Origin: Octopus sinensis | Lineage: Eukaryota | Assembly (NCBI RefSeq): GCF_006345805.1 | Contig: NC_043000.1 | Coordinates: 80,848,001-80,912,000 of the forward strand | Reading direction: 5' to 3' | Length of the DNA: 64,000 nt | Made by a program: the position numbers and the translations under genes | Shown here: positions 52,188 to 64,000 of the stretch, piece by piece | How positions within the stretch are numbered: the first letter of the stretch is position 1 | Layout: every line of letters starts with the position of its first letter | Notes under the pieces: generated by a model | Database searches by the model: none | Told to the model about the DNA's origin: nothing | The model's input: only the letters and a program-made list of their open reading frames with translations

Positions 52188-53485
52188 CAGATGCAGGTGT
52201 GGATGTGAGGGAAGATGCTTGCTTCCCAATTTCACAGTTCTGGGTTCAGTCCCACTGCATAGCACCTTGGGCAAGTATCTTCTGCTATAGCCTTGGGCTG
52301 ACAAAGCCATGTGAGCGGATTTGGTAGAGAGAAACTGAAACAAGCCTGTTGTGTATGTATGTATATATATATATATATGCAAAGGGGTACCCAAACGAAA
52401 ATGAAATTTTGCAATATTATTTTATTCACTTAGTTTTACATGTTTACACTTTTATCACCTTCAAACTATTCTCCATTTGAAGCAACGCATTCATTCAAAC
52501 ACATTTTCCACTGTTCGAAGTGGTGCTGGAACTCTTGCAAAGTGATACCTTTTAACGTCCCCATTGTTTTTTCTTCTTCACCTCTTCCACATCTGCAAAT
52601 TCTGTAGCACCAGCTTTCATTACCAGTGATGACCTTCAAAAGAAAGTCCAGATCAATTTCCAACTGTTCTTCCAGTTCATGACACACATTCATTCCTGAC
52701 TGCTTTTGATCTTCTGTGAGCAAGTGAGGCACAAGCTTTGCTGTAACTCTTTTCATTTGCAATTCCTCGCTCAAAATTCATTGACAGGAGTTCCAGAACA
52801 CTCCATGTCAATTGTTTAGTACTGGTCTGCCAAGATCATTTCATGAATTTTCATGATGTTTTCATTCATTCAGGAGGTCGACGGATGCCCTGAATGAGGT
52901 TGATCTTCAAGTGACAAATGACCATTCCTAAAGCATGAAAACCACTCATAAACATGTGTTTTGCTCATGGCAGTGTCCTTGTAAGCTGTTAGAAGCATGA
53001 CAATTGTTTCAGCCACCATTTTTCTCAGCAGGAAACAGAATTTCACAGAAACACACTGTTCCTTCATTTCAGCAAAAATTGATGAACAGGGGAGAAGTAC
53101 TGCAAAGCAAAGATACATCATGTGGCAGTAGGACTACACTCGATGACACCAGTCAGCATACTGATGCTTGAAGGTCACATCAAATGGCTTCTAGTGGCAG
53201 AAGCATGAACTACAACAGGCTTGTCCCACAGAGAATGTTTCTGATTACTTTTGAGTACCCTCTTGTGTGTGTGTTTGTGTCTGTATTTGTCCCCACCACT
53301 GCTTGATAACCAGTGTTGGTACGTTTATGACCCCATATCTTAGTTCAGTAAAAGAGATTGATAGAATAAGTACCAGGCTTAAAATAAATAAGTACTGAGG
53401 TTGATTCATTTGACTAAAAGTTCTTCACGGTTGTGCTCTAGCATGGTTGTAGTCAAATGATTGAAACAAGGAAAAGATAAAAGAT
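52188..53485 (+). mobile_element. Family-A SINE split by a mariner (head 52188-52379, tail 53266-53485)
   Basis: Head and tail motifs flank the mariner, which sits in the central TA tract. Confidence 0.8.
52380..53265 (-). mobile_element. Internally deleted mariner transposon
   Basis: HTH region EQCVSVKFCF..VYEWFSCFRNG..LEDQPHSGHPSTS, AKLVPHLLTEDQKQ, ITGNESWCY (first D region) and the C-terminal WKMCLNECVASNGEYFE. Degenerate TIRs CAAAGGGGTACCCAAA / CAAGAGGGTACTCAAA. Confidence 0.88.
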
Positions 53486-53584
53486 ATATGCTAACTGTGG
53501 TGTTGTGCTCCTAGTGAAGAATAAAATTGAATTATACATTACACAGTTCATGATATTATCCAAATTTTAATGTTAGGATTTAGG

Positions 53585-54110
53585 TGTTTATAGTAACAGT
53601 AAACCTCAATTTTAGTGTAATAGTGTTAATAAATTCAAGTTTTAGTGTTGTTGTGTCAATCTGTTTTAGTGTCATAGTAAATGCTTTGCAGTATTTCGTC
53701 TGCCGTTACGTTGTGAGTTCAAATTCCGCCGAGGTCGACTTTGCCTTTCATCCTTTCGGGGTCGATAAATTAAGCACCAGTTACGCACTGGGGTCGATGT
53801 AATCGACTTAATACCTATGTCTGTCTTTGTTTGTCCCCTCTATGTTTAGCCCCTTGTGGGTAATAAAGAAATAAGTATCAGTAAGCATCAGTTTTTGTGG
53901 CATAGTGTCAGTAAATCCCAGTTTTAGAATTATAGGGTTAGTAAAGCTCAGTTTTAGTATCATAATATCAGTAAGCATTAGTAGTAGTATGAGTAAGACT
54001 TAATTTTAAGATTATGGTGTCAGTAAGCCACAGTTTTGGTGTTATAGTGTCAATAAATCTCAGTTTTAGTGTTACAATGCCAATAAACTACAATTTAGGG
54101 TTATAGTGCT
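53585..54110. repeat. Degenerate 30-bp minisatellite (ATAGTGTCAGTAAATCTCAGTTTTAGTGTT-like), interrupted by a SINE
   Basis: Successive 30-nt units are visible at 53900-54110 and 53590-53680. Confidence 0.8.
53683..53876 (+). mobile_element. Young 5'-truncated family-B SINE
   Basis: CpG-rich, near-consensus copy (GAGTTCAAATTCCGCCGAGGTCGACTTTGCC). Confidence 0.9.
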
Positions 54111-54319
54111 CTTACTGTAAATCATTGCTACATAATTTTTCCATTTAACTTTTCTGTAGCATAACTGACAGACAATACGTGATCAGCAATTGAAATATTT
54201 CAATTTTCAATTCTCCTGTCAAAATATATAATTTCAATGTATATCAGATAAGTCTCCCAATAATCAACACTTTGGTTTGATGAGGTGGTGTAATACAAAG
54301 TGTAATGCAACTTGTAATA

Positions 54320-54750
54320 ATGATTTCAAATTTTTGGCACAAGGATGACAATTTCAACGGAAAGGTACGTGATTACATCAATCCTAGTAATCAACTGGTA
54401 CTTAATTTATTGATCCTGAAATGATGAAAGGCAAAGTCGACCTCAGTGAAATTTGAACTCAGAATGTAAAGATGGATGGAATGTCACTAAGCATTTTGTC
54501 AAGTGTGCTAACGATTCTGCCAGCTCACCACCTTCAAATAATAATAATAATAGTTTTAAATTTTGCCACAAGGGCAGCAACTTTGGGAGAGGGGATCAGT
54601 TGATTACATCAACCCAAGTGTTCTACTGGTACTTATTTTATCACCCTCAAAAGGATGAAAGGTAAAGTTGAACTCAGAACATAAAAGACTGATGAAATTC
54701 CACTAAGCATTTTGCCCAGTGTGCTAATGATTCTGCCAGCTTGCTGCTTT
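54320..54750 (-). mobile_element. Two tandem family-B SINE copies
   Basis: Repeated GGCACAAGG ... GATGAAAGG ... GATTCTGCCAGCT units with (TAA) tails. Confidence 0.75.
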
Positions 54751-55474
54751 GAAATTATAATAATAATGAAATGAAGAAATGTTGTGTTGAATAGTCTGGA
54801 TGTTTGGTTTTGTTTGTCCAACATTGGAAGGTTCTGAAGAATGTGAACAAGAGAGTGAGAAGTGTTCATCACTTCAACCAGTGGGAAAAAAACCCAGTGA
54901 TGTATTTTTTAATGCTTTTGTCAGAAGAATATAGGAGGCAGCCTTGACCTTTATTTAGGACCTCTGGGACTGGTGGTATGGAAGGAAAGGAGGGAGGAAG
55001 GAAGGAAGGAAGGAAGGAAGTTATCCTTAGACTGGAGTCTTGATCCAAATATTTGCAACAAAATTAAGTAAACCAGACTGTCCAAGAACCAAAACTGCAT
55101 CACAAACCTGGATTTCAGACAACTTTCTATTATTATACTGTACATGTTCAATGTCTTGAATGTACAACAATTTGATTTGAACTCAAGACCTATGAACTAA
55201 CAATCCAATGCTTAACTATAGACATGCTGTTTCTTCACTCTACCTCTTCTATAGTGGCCTCTGCTCTTCACAACCAACTTATGTCATCTCCACTCATTCA
55301 TTCCAAAGTTCTTTCTTCATGTACACTCTAGGCCTCACAATGATCACCTTCTACTCAATCCTTCGTCTCCACCCCTATGATCCAGTGCAAAAAGTGACCA
55401 AGTCCAACATTGAGCACCCAGAGATGAAGGGTTACTTGTTTCTCTGGTGGTACCACTAAAATGATGGGAAATAT

Positions 55475-55695
55475 CAGTTTCAAATTTTGGCACCAGCCCA
55501 GTAATTTTAGAGGAGGTGGGTAAGTTGATTACATCAACCCCAGTGCTCAACTGGTATGTGTTTCAACAACGCTGAAAGAGAGAAAAGGCAAAGTTGACTT
55601 TGGTGGAATTTGAACTTAAAACATAAAGACACACAAAATGCTGCTATGCATTTTGTCCAATATGTCAATAATTTGGTCAGTTTGTCACCCCAGTG
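55475..55695 (-). mobile_element. Family-B SINE
   Basis: Same core motifs as other family-B copies. Confidence 0.7.
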
Positions 55696-55719
55696 ACAGG
55701 AAATATCAACACCACTTTT

Positions 55720-56690
55720 AAGAATATTGGATTGGTAATTTCTAGTGAACATGTACTGATGTTCAGCTGCTATAGTGGAGCCCTCTTTTTCTGATTTAAG
55801 CCTCAGTAAAGATAGCTACTGATGAGTCATGACTCATATATACCACCATCAGAATTGCTGTCTCTCATAAAGTATTTACTATGTAATGCCTTACTTTTCC
55901 ACTTATAATGCATCTCTGAAATTCCATTTGATTAGACTTGTGCTTTTATTTGCTTTGCGTTTGCACTGTATTCTTCAGTTTCTATATATGCTTTAATCTC
56001 AGTGATCTTTAATTCCTTTATCTATTTGTTTACTTCTTTTGATACTGAGTTTAATTTTTTGGTACTGAATACTTGAGCTTGCAAACAATTCAAGTATCCA
56101 GTTTTGCTCCTGAGATAGGTGTCTAACCCTTTGGTTGCTGTCTTCAAAGACAGTTATCACTGCATCAGTTCTTGTTTTCCTTCCTTTCATAGAACGTATA
56201 GTCTGTCTACATCTGCCTTTGGTGCATTGTGAGAAATCTGAATATTTGTATATCTACTTATATCATTTATGAACAATTTTATATTAAAGCATAACCAGGG
56301 TATTAATGGCATGAATTTTATTTTTCACATTAAGTTTGCTTTGTAGGCTATCTCTCACAGTATGGTAGCAGTTGTGGGTACTGGATGCTATCCCCTCACA
56401 CACATGAATATTTTTTGTAGTTTTCTTCAGGATCTAATTTCTTTATTGTGGTAGTCTCCTCTTACTGAATGATTTCAAAACTTTTCCTTTAAAGAATGTA
56501 ACTTCAGCACATTTATTAAAGCCAACTGACATTTCAATATTGCCCCTAACTTGTTTTACTATACTTAAAAGCCGCTCCAGTTGTTGATCTCCTTTTGCAA
56601 AAGGCTTTACAACATCCATGCAAAAGAGGTGATTGATTGATAATCTCTATCCATGTCTTGTGTTATTTAACAGCTCGCTTAGGGGACTGA
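55720..56690 (-). mobile_element. Old R4/Dong-like RT fragment
   Basis: INHLFCMDVVKPFAKGDQQLERLLSIVKT, GFNKCAEVTF, ADVDRLYV, MFTRNYQSNI. Confidence 0.7.
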
Positions 56691-57231
56691 GAGTTTTGCA
56701 ACAAAGAACTAGTGATAGAGAATCACATTGAAAAATACCACAGTTTATACCAATCTTCCCAGCATTCAACATTCATCATCATCATCATCATCATCATCAT
56801 TTTTGAAGTGTACACATATGTTTATTTCACTCCAAAGCTAGACCATTTATAGCATCACTAAATGAAATATTCTTTGGCATACTTGCTAAAAAGGATTATA
56901 ATACTCTGAGGAATACCCCATCTTTGATATTTAGGATTAGACAATTAGAAGGTGGGTTGTTTTTACAGACTTTTCTTATTCATTTACTCACACAGCATTT
57001 TCATTTTCAAAATGGCCACCAAGCAAAAATATGATACATGACAAAACATTACAGCAGATAATATGGAAAAACACATGAAGCTAAATACACAATTTGAAGA
57101 ATAAAAATGAAATGAACTTTTGAATTAACAGTTAAGAGATAAAATATTCCAAACAGTCAAACTGTTATCTTTAATGATTGTGATTGTAACAACACCAGCA
57201 ATAGTGGCATTTGCACTTTAAATTTCTTATA

Positions 57232-57627
57232 TACTCTTTTACTTGTTTCAGTCATTTGACTGTGGCCACCATGCTGGAGCACCGCCTTTAGTCAACCAAA
57301 TCAACCCCAGGACTTATTCTTTGTAAGCCTAGTACTTATTCTATCAGTCTCTTTTGCCAAACCGCTAAGTTACGGGGATGTAAACACACCAGCATTGGTT
57401 GTCAAGCGATGTTGCGGGGACAAACACAGACACACAAACATATACAAAACATACATACACATACATACATATATACAACGGGCTTCTTTCAGTTTCCATC
57501 CACCAAATCCACTCACAAGGCTTTGGTCGGCCTGAGGCTTTAGTAGAAGGTGCCATGCAGTGGGACTGAACCCGGATCCATGTGGTTCGTAAGCAAGCTA
57601 CTTACCACACAGCCACTCCTGTGCCTA
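57232..57627 (-). mobile_element. Young family-A SINE
   Basis: Complete, near-consensus copy. Confidence 0.9.
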
Positions 57628-57899
57628 TATAACAGTTGTTTTAACATGTTATTCAACAAACAGATTCTTTAGAGTTCACATGGTTCTGAGAGAAACAAAA
57701 ATGTAGTCAAAAATCATTTTCTGACTAAATAATGTTTCTTTGCCATGTTAATGTAAGACAGACAGTGAAAAAAAAATTATATATCAATGCTTTAGAAAAA
57801 AGTTTCACAGTATTAAATCTACCCTCATGACAGGAATTCCTACAAGTTCTCCAGAACATCTCAAAAGAAATACTTTTCAACTGTAAAATGGGAAAAGTT

Positions 57900-58800
57900 A
57901 TGACACTATCTGCTACATATTCAAAACCAAGACTCAGCCAAAATATAGGCTGAAATTATTAGACACACCTCTGCCAATATGTTTATGCCCCTCTCCAGAG
58001 AGAAAAGAAATACAAGGGTGGTGATATGAGACATTGGAAACATGTAGATCCATAGCTAGCCATCACTTTTGTGTTGAAGCATGGTGAGTGGCTAAAGCAG
58101 GACTGAAAAGGGGCAACATGTAGTCAGGGGGTGTCAAAATGGATTTACAGATTCTAATGATTCTTGTGCCTAGTTGGGGGTGCTAAAACAAAGAGCATGA
58201 AGGTCATGATACAGAGCAGAAAGCCTAGTTGTTAAATTTGTTGTAGTAAAAACAACTTCAGAGCTTTATGCCCAAGAAGGATTAGACAAGAAGATGAGAG
58301 CAGCATTAATTGCTACAAACCCCCTTTTCTAGCATACCAGCAGTTCAAACTCTCAGAATGACGGGAAGAATCGTTTTTTATCAGTCCTAGAAACAAACCC
58401 ACAAACACCCTGTACTCTAACAGTAGAAATTAAAAGGATCATTCTATTGTCAAGCAACAAGGAAGAAAGAATGGTTACTGAGGTAAGCATTAAATCATCA
58501 AAGAAACACAAAATGGAAAGGATGAAATGTCTTGAAAATCAAAAATCAACCTAGAATAACTAAAACTATTGAGAGGGAACAACTCACACAAAACAACAAT
58601 GATGCCTCACATCAAAAAAATAACAAAGAAAATGAAGAAGACAAGAAGCTGAAATTCCCTGTCCTTAGAAAATCAAGCAAACAACTTATAGATGAAATCA
58701 CACACCTGTGGTGCCACAGATTTTCTGATGGGGTAAAAGCAGCAAATGCAGTTAAGTTTAGAATACAGACAGCAAGAAAAAGATAGAATGTTGCAAAAAT
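57900..58800 (+). mobile_element. Very decayed Penelope-like RT remnant
   Basis: Scattered motifs SANMFM, KPTNTLY, KRIILLSSNKEE and KLKFPVLRKSSKQL in the order expected for PLE RT, thumb and linker. Confidence 0.35.
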
Positions 58801-59059
58801 AAAATTAAGGCACAATAATGAACTACGGCAATCTTACCCTGCAGATGTTGGTATTTTTCAACCCCAACCAATGAAAAGAAGTGTTAACTAGTGCTTTTAG
58901 GTGCACAAGACAATAATATGAATGATGGCAAGCTGGCAGAAATGTTGGGTCTGCAACTCTAACTTTACTAATAGTATTTCATTTTAATTTTTGTTATGTA
59001 CATTTTGTTTAAATTATTGTTTTACACATTTTTTTAGTGTAGGCACAGGTGTGATTGTG

Positions 59060-59234
59060 TGGAGGTGTTGCTGTGTGGTAAGTAGCTTGCTTCCCAACTT
59101 CACAGTTCCAGGTTCAATTCCACTGTGTGGCACCTTGAGCAAGTGCTTTCTACTATAGCCTCAGGCTGACCAAAGCCTTGTGAGTGGATTTGGTAGGTGG
59201 AAACTGAAAGAAGCCTGTCATGTATGCATGTATT

Positions 59235-59281
<47 letters not shown>

Positions 59282-59535
59282 TGTGTGTGTGTGAGTGTAT
59301 GTATGTATGTGTGTGTATATGTGTGTCTTTGTGTCTGTGTTTGTACCCTCCACCATCGCTTGACAACTGATGTTGGTGTGTTTATGTCCCCAAAACTTAG
59401 CAGTTTGGCAAATATACCAATAGAACAAGTCCTAAGCTTACAAAGGATAAGTCCTGGGGTTAATTTCTTTGACTAAAACCCTTTAAGATGGTGCTCCAGC
59501 ATGGCTACAGTCAAATGACTGAAACATGTAAAAGA
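59060..59535 (+). mobile_element. Family-A SINE
   Basis: Complete head, microsatellite and tail. Confidence 0.85.
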
Positions 59536-62234
59536 ATTATGTATAATATTTCTGCCTTAAAACGTTTGTTATTGTAATTTCAGAGTTTTGTTGTCTATAA
59601 CATTATGTTGCTATAATCTATATATGTAACACTTTAACCAGGGAATAAAACTGAAGTCATGACCTGTTGCACACACAATATTTATATTGTTTGTTAGAAA
59701 ACTGACAGATAAACTATGAGATGAAATTGAAAACATAAATCTATTATAGATACATTTAGCTGTCTTCAGTATAATTCCTCTGTTCTATCAGCCACTACTC
59801 CCTTTCTCTCAGTTCACCCCTCTATTGATATATATCACTCTCTTTCATTTACCATCTCATTATTCATCACTCATACCCTCTTTTACTAGCTAGCTTCAAC
59901 CTACAACTTCCTCTTCCCCAGGTAAATCATAGCCATCATATACTCTTACTATAATAGAGAGACAGAATAATTGCAGAGGATTGTGGAAGAGAGAGCAGAA
60001 GATGGGTTGGGGATAAATATCATATCACTCTCACATTTGTCCTTCCTTCCACAGTTATCTCATCTCTCTGAATCCCCCCTCCCACATCTTACATTTGTAT
60101 CTTCCTCCCTTCCCTGTTTCATTTTTGCAGTTACCCTTTAACCTATCCACTCTGTCACTTGTTTGTCTCAAGGATAGACAACTACAGTGTGGTAAGAACT
60201 CATTATGTCGTTATTCAGAGTACAAAGTAGTCTCATTAGTTTTGGTGCCATGATAAAACACACCCAGTTCGTTCTGTAAAGTGATTGCCAACTGAGCAGA
60301 ATCAGCATATGGTTGCAAGAACCCTTTAGTCTTGCCTTGCTGAGGACATGACACCCTCTCAAATACCAAAATCAAATGCACAGTACATACTGTAAAGTGG
60401 TTCATATCAGAAAAAGCACCCAAATGTAGAAACCATGCAAAAAATAAAATCTATGAGTGTAACATAGTTTAATGTTGCCTCTAGGAGGAAAGGAGATCTA
60501 AATAAGACTGTTGCAATCTTGGAAAGTGGATATAAAATTATTATGATGATGAAAATGATGATAATGACAATGACGCAACATTTATATTTCATTATACATA
60601 TGATAATAGACTAATAAAAATATATTTCAAATTGAATATGACATATATTTTATTAATATATTTGTTTTAGAAAATAGAGATGTAGTGAAGTGCATTAAGA
60701 TTTATTTAAAATTTTGCTAGTATAGGTATTCTGTTGCAACATAATATGTCTAATTTTGTTTCAGAGTTAACAGCTCTCGAGTAAGAAAAAGTGACAAGTG
60801 TATGCTAAAGAATATAGTTTTCGAGGATGATCACTCCTAAAACTGCAGTTTTACTAAAGCTGATGTGAACTTTACACTATCTCAAAAATCAAATGTTTCA
60901 TAGTTCTGTAAAAATCTGCAGCAACCTTTAACATAATTTTTCCAGCAATTTTCAAAATAAGTGGAATTTCCATGAGAGTAACAATTATTTCATGTCTATA
61001 GCAAATCTTTCCATTATTCCCCAAACAAACCAAACAAGAGTTCAAAAATCTGGGACTGAAACTAAAAAACTGTTGAAATACTGTTAATAGTATTAGCATA
61101 GTTTATGGAAAATTTCTGACAAGAGTTGAGATAAAAAAAAAACAAACTTGTGATATAAAATTAGGGTTTTATGAAATTAGCTTAACAAGTGGATTGAGAA
61201 ATAAATAGCCTGATCAATGACCTTGATCAATATATCTTTCTTATATATATTTGGCAAGAGTTTTTGTATGTTGTAAACAATACAGTTTTGTTTTGGACGG
61301 GTCATTTCTGTCAATAATTATACACACACATACACACTTGTACACATGCTCATACACTCATATGCATATATACGAATAAACACACAAATATTCATGTTCA
61401 GATATACATATTGATTGTTACTGTTCACTTCTGTATTCTTTGAAAGTCCTTTGTCAGGGGATGGCGCCACAACAAAGAATGGACGAAATAGATAGAAAGG
61501 GAAAAAAAATAAACTAAATATATAAATAAATGAAAAATATATAAATAAAAGATATAAGGACTGACCAATTAAAAAGTGAAACAGATGTGGTAGAGAAAGA
61601 GGAGAAAAGGAGGAGGGAGGGAGAGGGTGAAAGAGAAAGAGGATAAAGGTCAAAAGAACAAAATTATTTTGAAGGAATAAAGAAGTCAATAGTAATGATT
61701 TTTAATGTCCAATGCTCGACCAATTCTGTCCTATTGTGACAAAGTGAATCAACAATTTCCAATATAGGCACACAGTCACATATTTTCAGGGTACAGAGCA
61801 GAATTAATTATAATTTAGCCTATATCTGACAGGTACCTTTATTTTATCCACCCTGGATGGATGACAAGAATAATTGACCTCAGCAGGATTTGAACTCAGA
61901 TGTTATTAAATACCACAATATATTTTCTTTCATACTCTTCCGCTGCTGCTTCTACTCCACTCACCACTACTACTACTGCTGCTACTATTACTAAGAAGAA
62001 GAAGAAGACTATTTGATTTGCTTGAAACTTATTTAAAATCAAAGATATTTGATATAATCTTAATCCTCAGAATTTGATCTTCTTTTCCTACTATGCATCA
62101 TTGTTAATCATAAATAACACCGACAGTAAAACCTGTTGTTAATTGAGAAAATCTGGGTGAGACTTGGAACAACTTGTACATATCAAAGCATCAACAACAA
62201 GATTAATAATAATAATTATGATAATGATAATAAT

Positions 62235-63905
62235 AATTATAATAATAAAGGTTGGATAACAGAGGAGCTTTTGACATGGTACCATACATTTGGATAATTA
62301 AAACAATAAGCATTCTTTGGAGTGACAGAAAATATGAAGAAACTGGTCAATGAAAGTATGAAACATTGGAATATTGAATTGATTGGAGGAAAACAGACTT
62401 GGCAGAGTGAGCATTGGATGTGGTATATTTCAAGGTGATAGCTTATCACCATTACTATTTGTAATGGCAATGATACCACTCAGTTTGATATTATGGAAAG
62501 TTTAAATAGCTTATGATTTGAGAAAATAGTATGGTCAGATAAATCATCTCCTGTTTATGGATGATATAAGGCTTTAAACAAAAAGTGAGAAGCAGCTTCA
62601 AAGTTTTGTGCGTTTTGTTTGCATTTTCTCAAATGATGTAGGTATGGAATTTGGGACTGAAATATTGATAATGGAATGGGCAAGGTTTGAAGGAAGCTAT
62701 GGAATTGAAATGCTAGATACACAAACAATGAAAGCAGTTGAAAAAGAACTGTGGTACAAGTATTTGGGAATACTGAAGACAGATGAAATAAAACATGGAA
62801 AGATGAAGCAAATTGCAAGTAGAGAGTATAGAAGGAAAATGAGAAAAAATATTACAGCCAAGGTTGAAATAAAAAAAATGTTACTGAAGCATTAGATTCA
62901 TGAGCAATATCAGTTATCAGATATGAAGCTGGAACTGTGGATTGAACAAAAAGTGACATACAGAAGCTTGACAGAAAAATTAGAAAGTTGTTGATTATGT
63001 ATGGAGCTCACTACTTGAAAGCTGATATTAACTGGTCATATTTGAAGAGGCTTAAATGGTGTGGAAGAGTATGTGCAGATGGAATGCAACAGCTTACTAG
63101 ATTATTTGGAGACCAGCCCAGAGAAATTAGTAAAGGCAGTGAATACAGGACAGGTGATCAAGTATGAAATTGTTAGAGAACATGCAAATCAGATCGATGA
63201 GGAACCTTTGCATGGTCAGTTTTGGAAAATCACTAAGGATGTATGTGAAACAAATCCCTTGGCTTGTTTGAAAAAGAGGTAATTGCAAAAAGAAACAGGA
63301 GAGCCTTATTATAGTAGCTCAAGATCAGTCAATTCAAAGAAAGAACCTGAGAAAATATGTGTATGGGCAGAAGGTGTCAGCAAAATGTTATATTTGGGAT
63401 GAAAAAATGACACACATTGTTGCAGAATGTCCCAAATTGGCTCAAGGAGAATATAAGAAATGGAAGCATGATCAAGTTGTGAAAGTTTTGTGCTGATGTA
63501 CTTGGCATAATCATTGGGTAGGAAGAGTCAGATAAAAGCAAAATTTTATGGGATTTTCCACTTCAAATGGATAAAAGGATAGAAAAGAATAATAAGCTAT
63601 AACTATAATAGACAAGGAAAAGCAAATTTGCTTACTGATTGAGTCATCATGTCCATTTGATTCCAGGATTGCGAAGAAAGGTGAAAAATTAGAAAAAAAA
63701 TCACTCAAAATTTGAGATTGTGAAATTTGAAATATGAAAACTAGAATTTGTGCCTGTAATAATTGGTGCATTAAGGACTGTGAGTAACGACATAGAAAAA
63801 TGGTTGAAGGAGATTGGAATGGAATGTTCTGTAGAGCTTCTATAGAAGGTTTGCCTCTTAGCAACAGAAAAGATTATCAGAAGGATATTAAGCACTTGAA
63901 TGATT
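62235..63905 (+). mobile_element. R4/Dong-like LINE, 5'-truncated (RT, CCHC, REL), decayed
   Basis: FDMVPYIWI, GIFQGDSLSPLLFVMAMIPL, INHLLFMDD, YKYLGIL, LHGQFW, KC..THIVAECPKLAQGEYKKWKHDQV, VPVIIGALG. The 5' junction abuts a (TAA)-rich tract. Confidence 0.88.
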
Positions 63906-63924
63906 ATTGAAAGCTTGTGGGTAT

Positions 63925-64000
63925 ACCCTTTTACTCTTTTACTTGTTTCAGTCATTTGACTGTGGCCATGCTGGAGCACCGCCTTTAGTAGAGCAAATCG
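63925..64000 (-). mobile_element. Family-A SINE 3' end (runs off the window)
   Basis: TTTTACTTGTTTCAGTCATTTGACTGTGGCCATGCTGGAGCACCGCC. Confidence 0.85.

Noticed and set aside
55818-55837. CTGATGAG followed by the palindrome ATGAGTCATGACTCAT (two AP-1-like sites)
   Set aside because: No GAAA box follows, so it is not a hammerhead. It lies within a decayed R4 fragment, and a regulatory role is unsupported.
1-64000. CRISPR array, rRNA, operons or prokaryotic systems
   Set aside because: No regularly spaced identical repeats with unique spacers, no rRNA-like sequence, and low coding density. The window is eukaryotic repeat-rich DNA.

Overview
AT-rich eukaryotic DNA loaded with repeats and microsatellites, most likely from an octopus or another cephalopod. 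That assignment is an inference from the recurring tRNA-derived SINE families and the (TA)/(CA)/(TAA)/(GAT) tracts. No intact host gene, rRNA, true tRNA or CRISPR array can be supported. Recognisable coding sequence is almost all from transposable elements: a decayed Helitron (Rep only), RTE, CR1-like, R4/Dong-like, L1/Tx1-like and Penelope-like retroelement fragments, Tc1 and mariner remnants, MITEs and more than 30 SINE pieces. Best observations: (1) a ~1.24-kb tail-out inverted duplication (6269-7510) whose two arms each end in a type I hammerhead ribozyme motif, with a decayed second hammerhead-like fold just upstream; (2) a young RTE-clade LINE insertion (12121-13529) with a 5' inversion, a 66-bp duplication at the inversion point and an 11-bp TSD, matching the twin-priming architecture; (3) a PHD-finger-like module inside RTE ORF2; (4) repeated use of microsatellites as insertion sites; (5) a low-confidence chain of small, phase-compatible minus-strand exons. 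All coordinates were read by eye; boundaries of degenerate elements are approximate (tens of bp).
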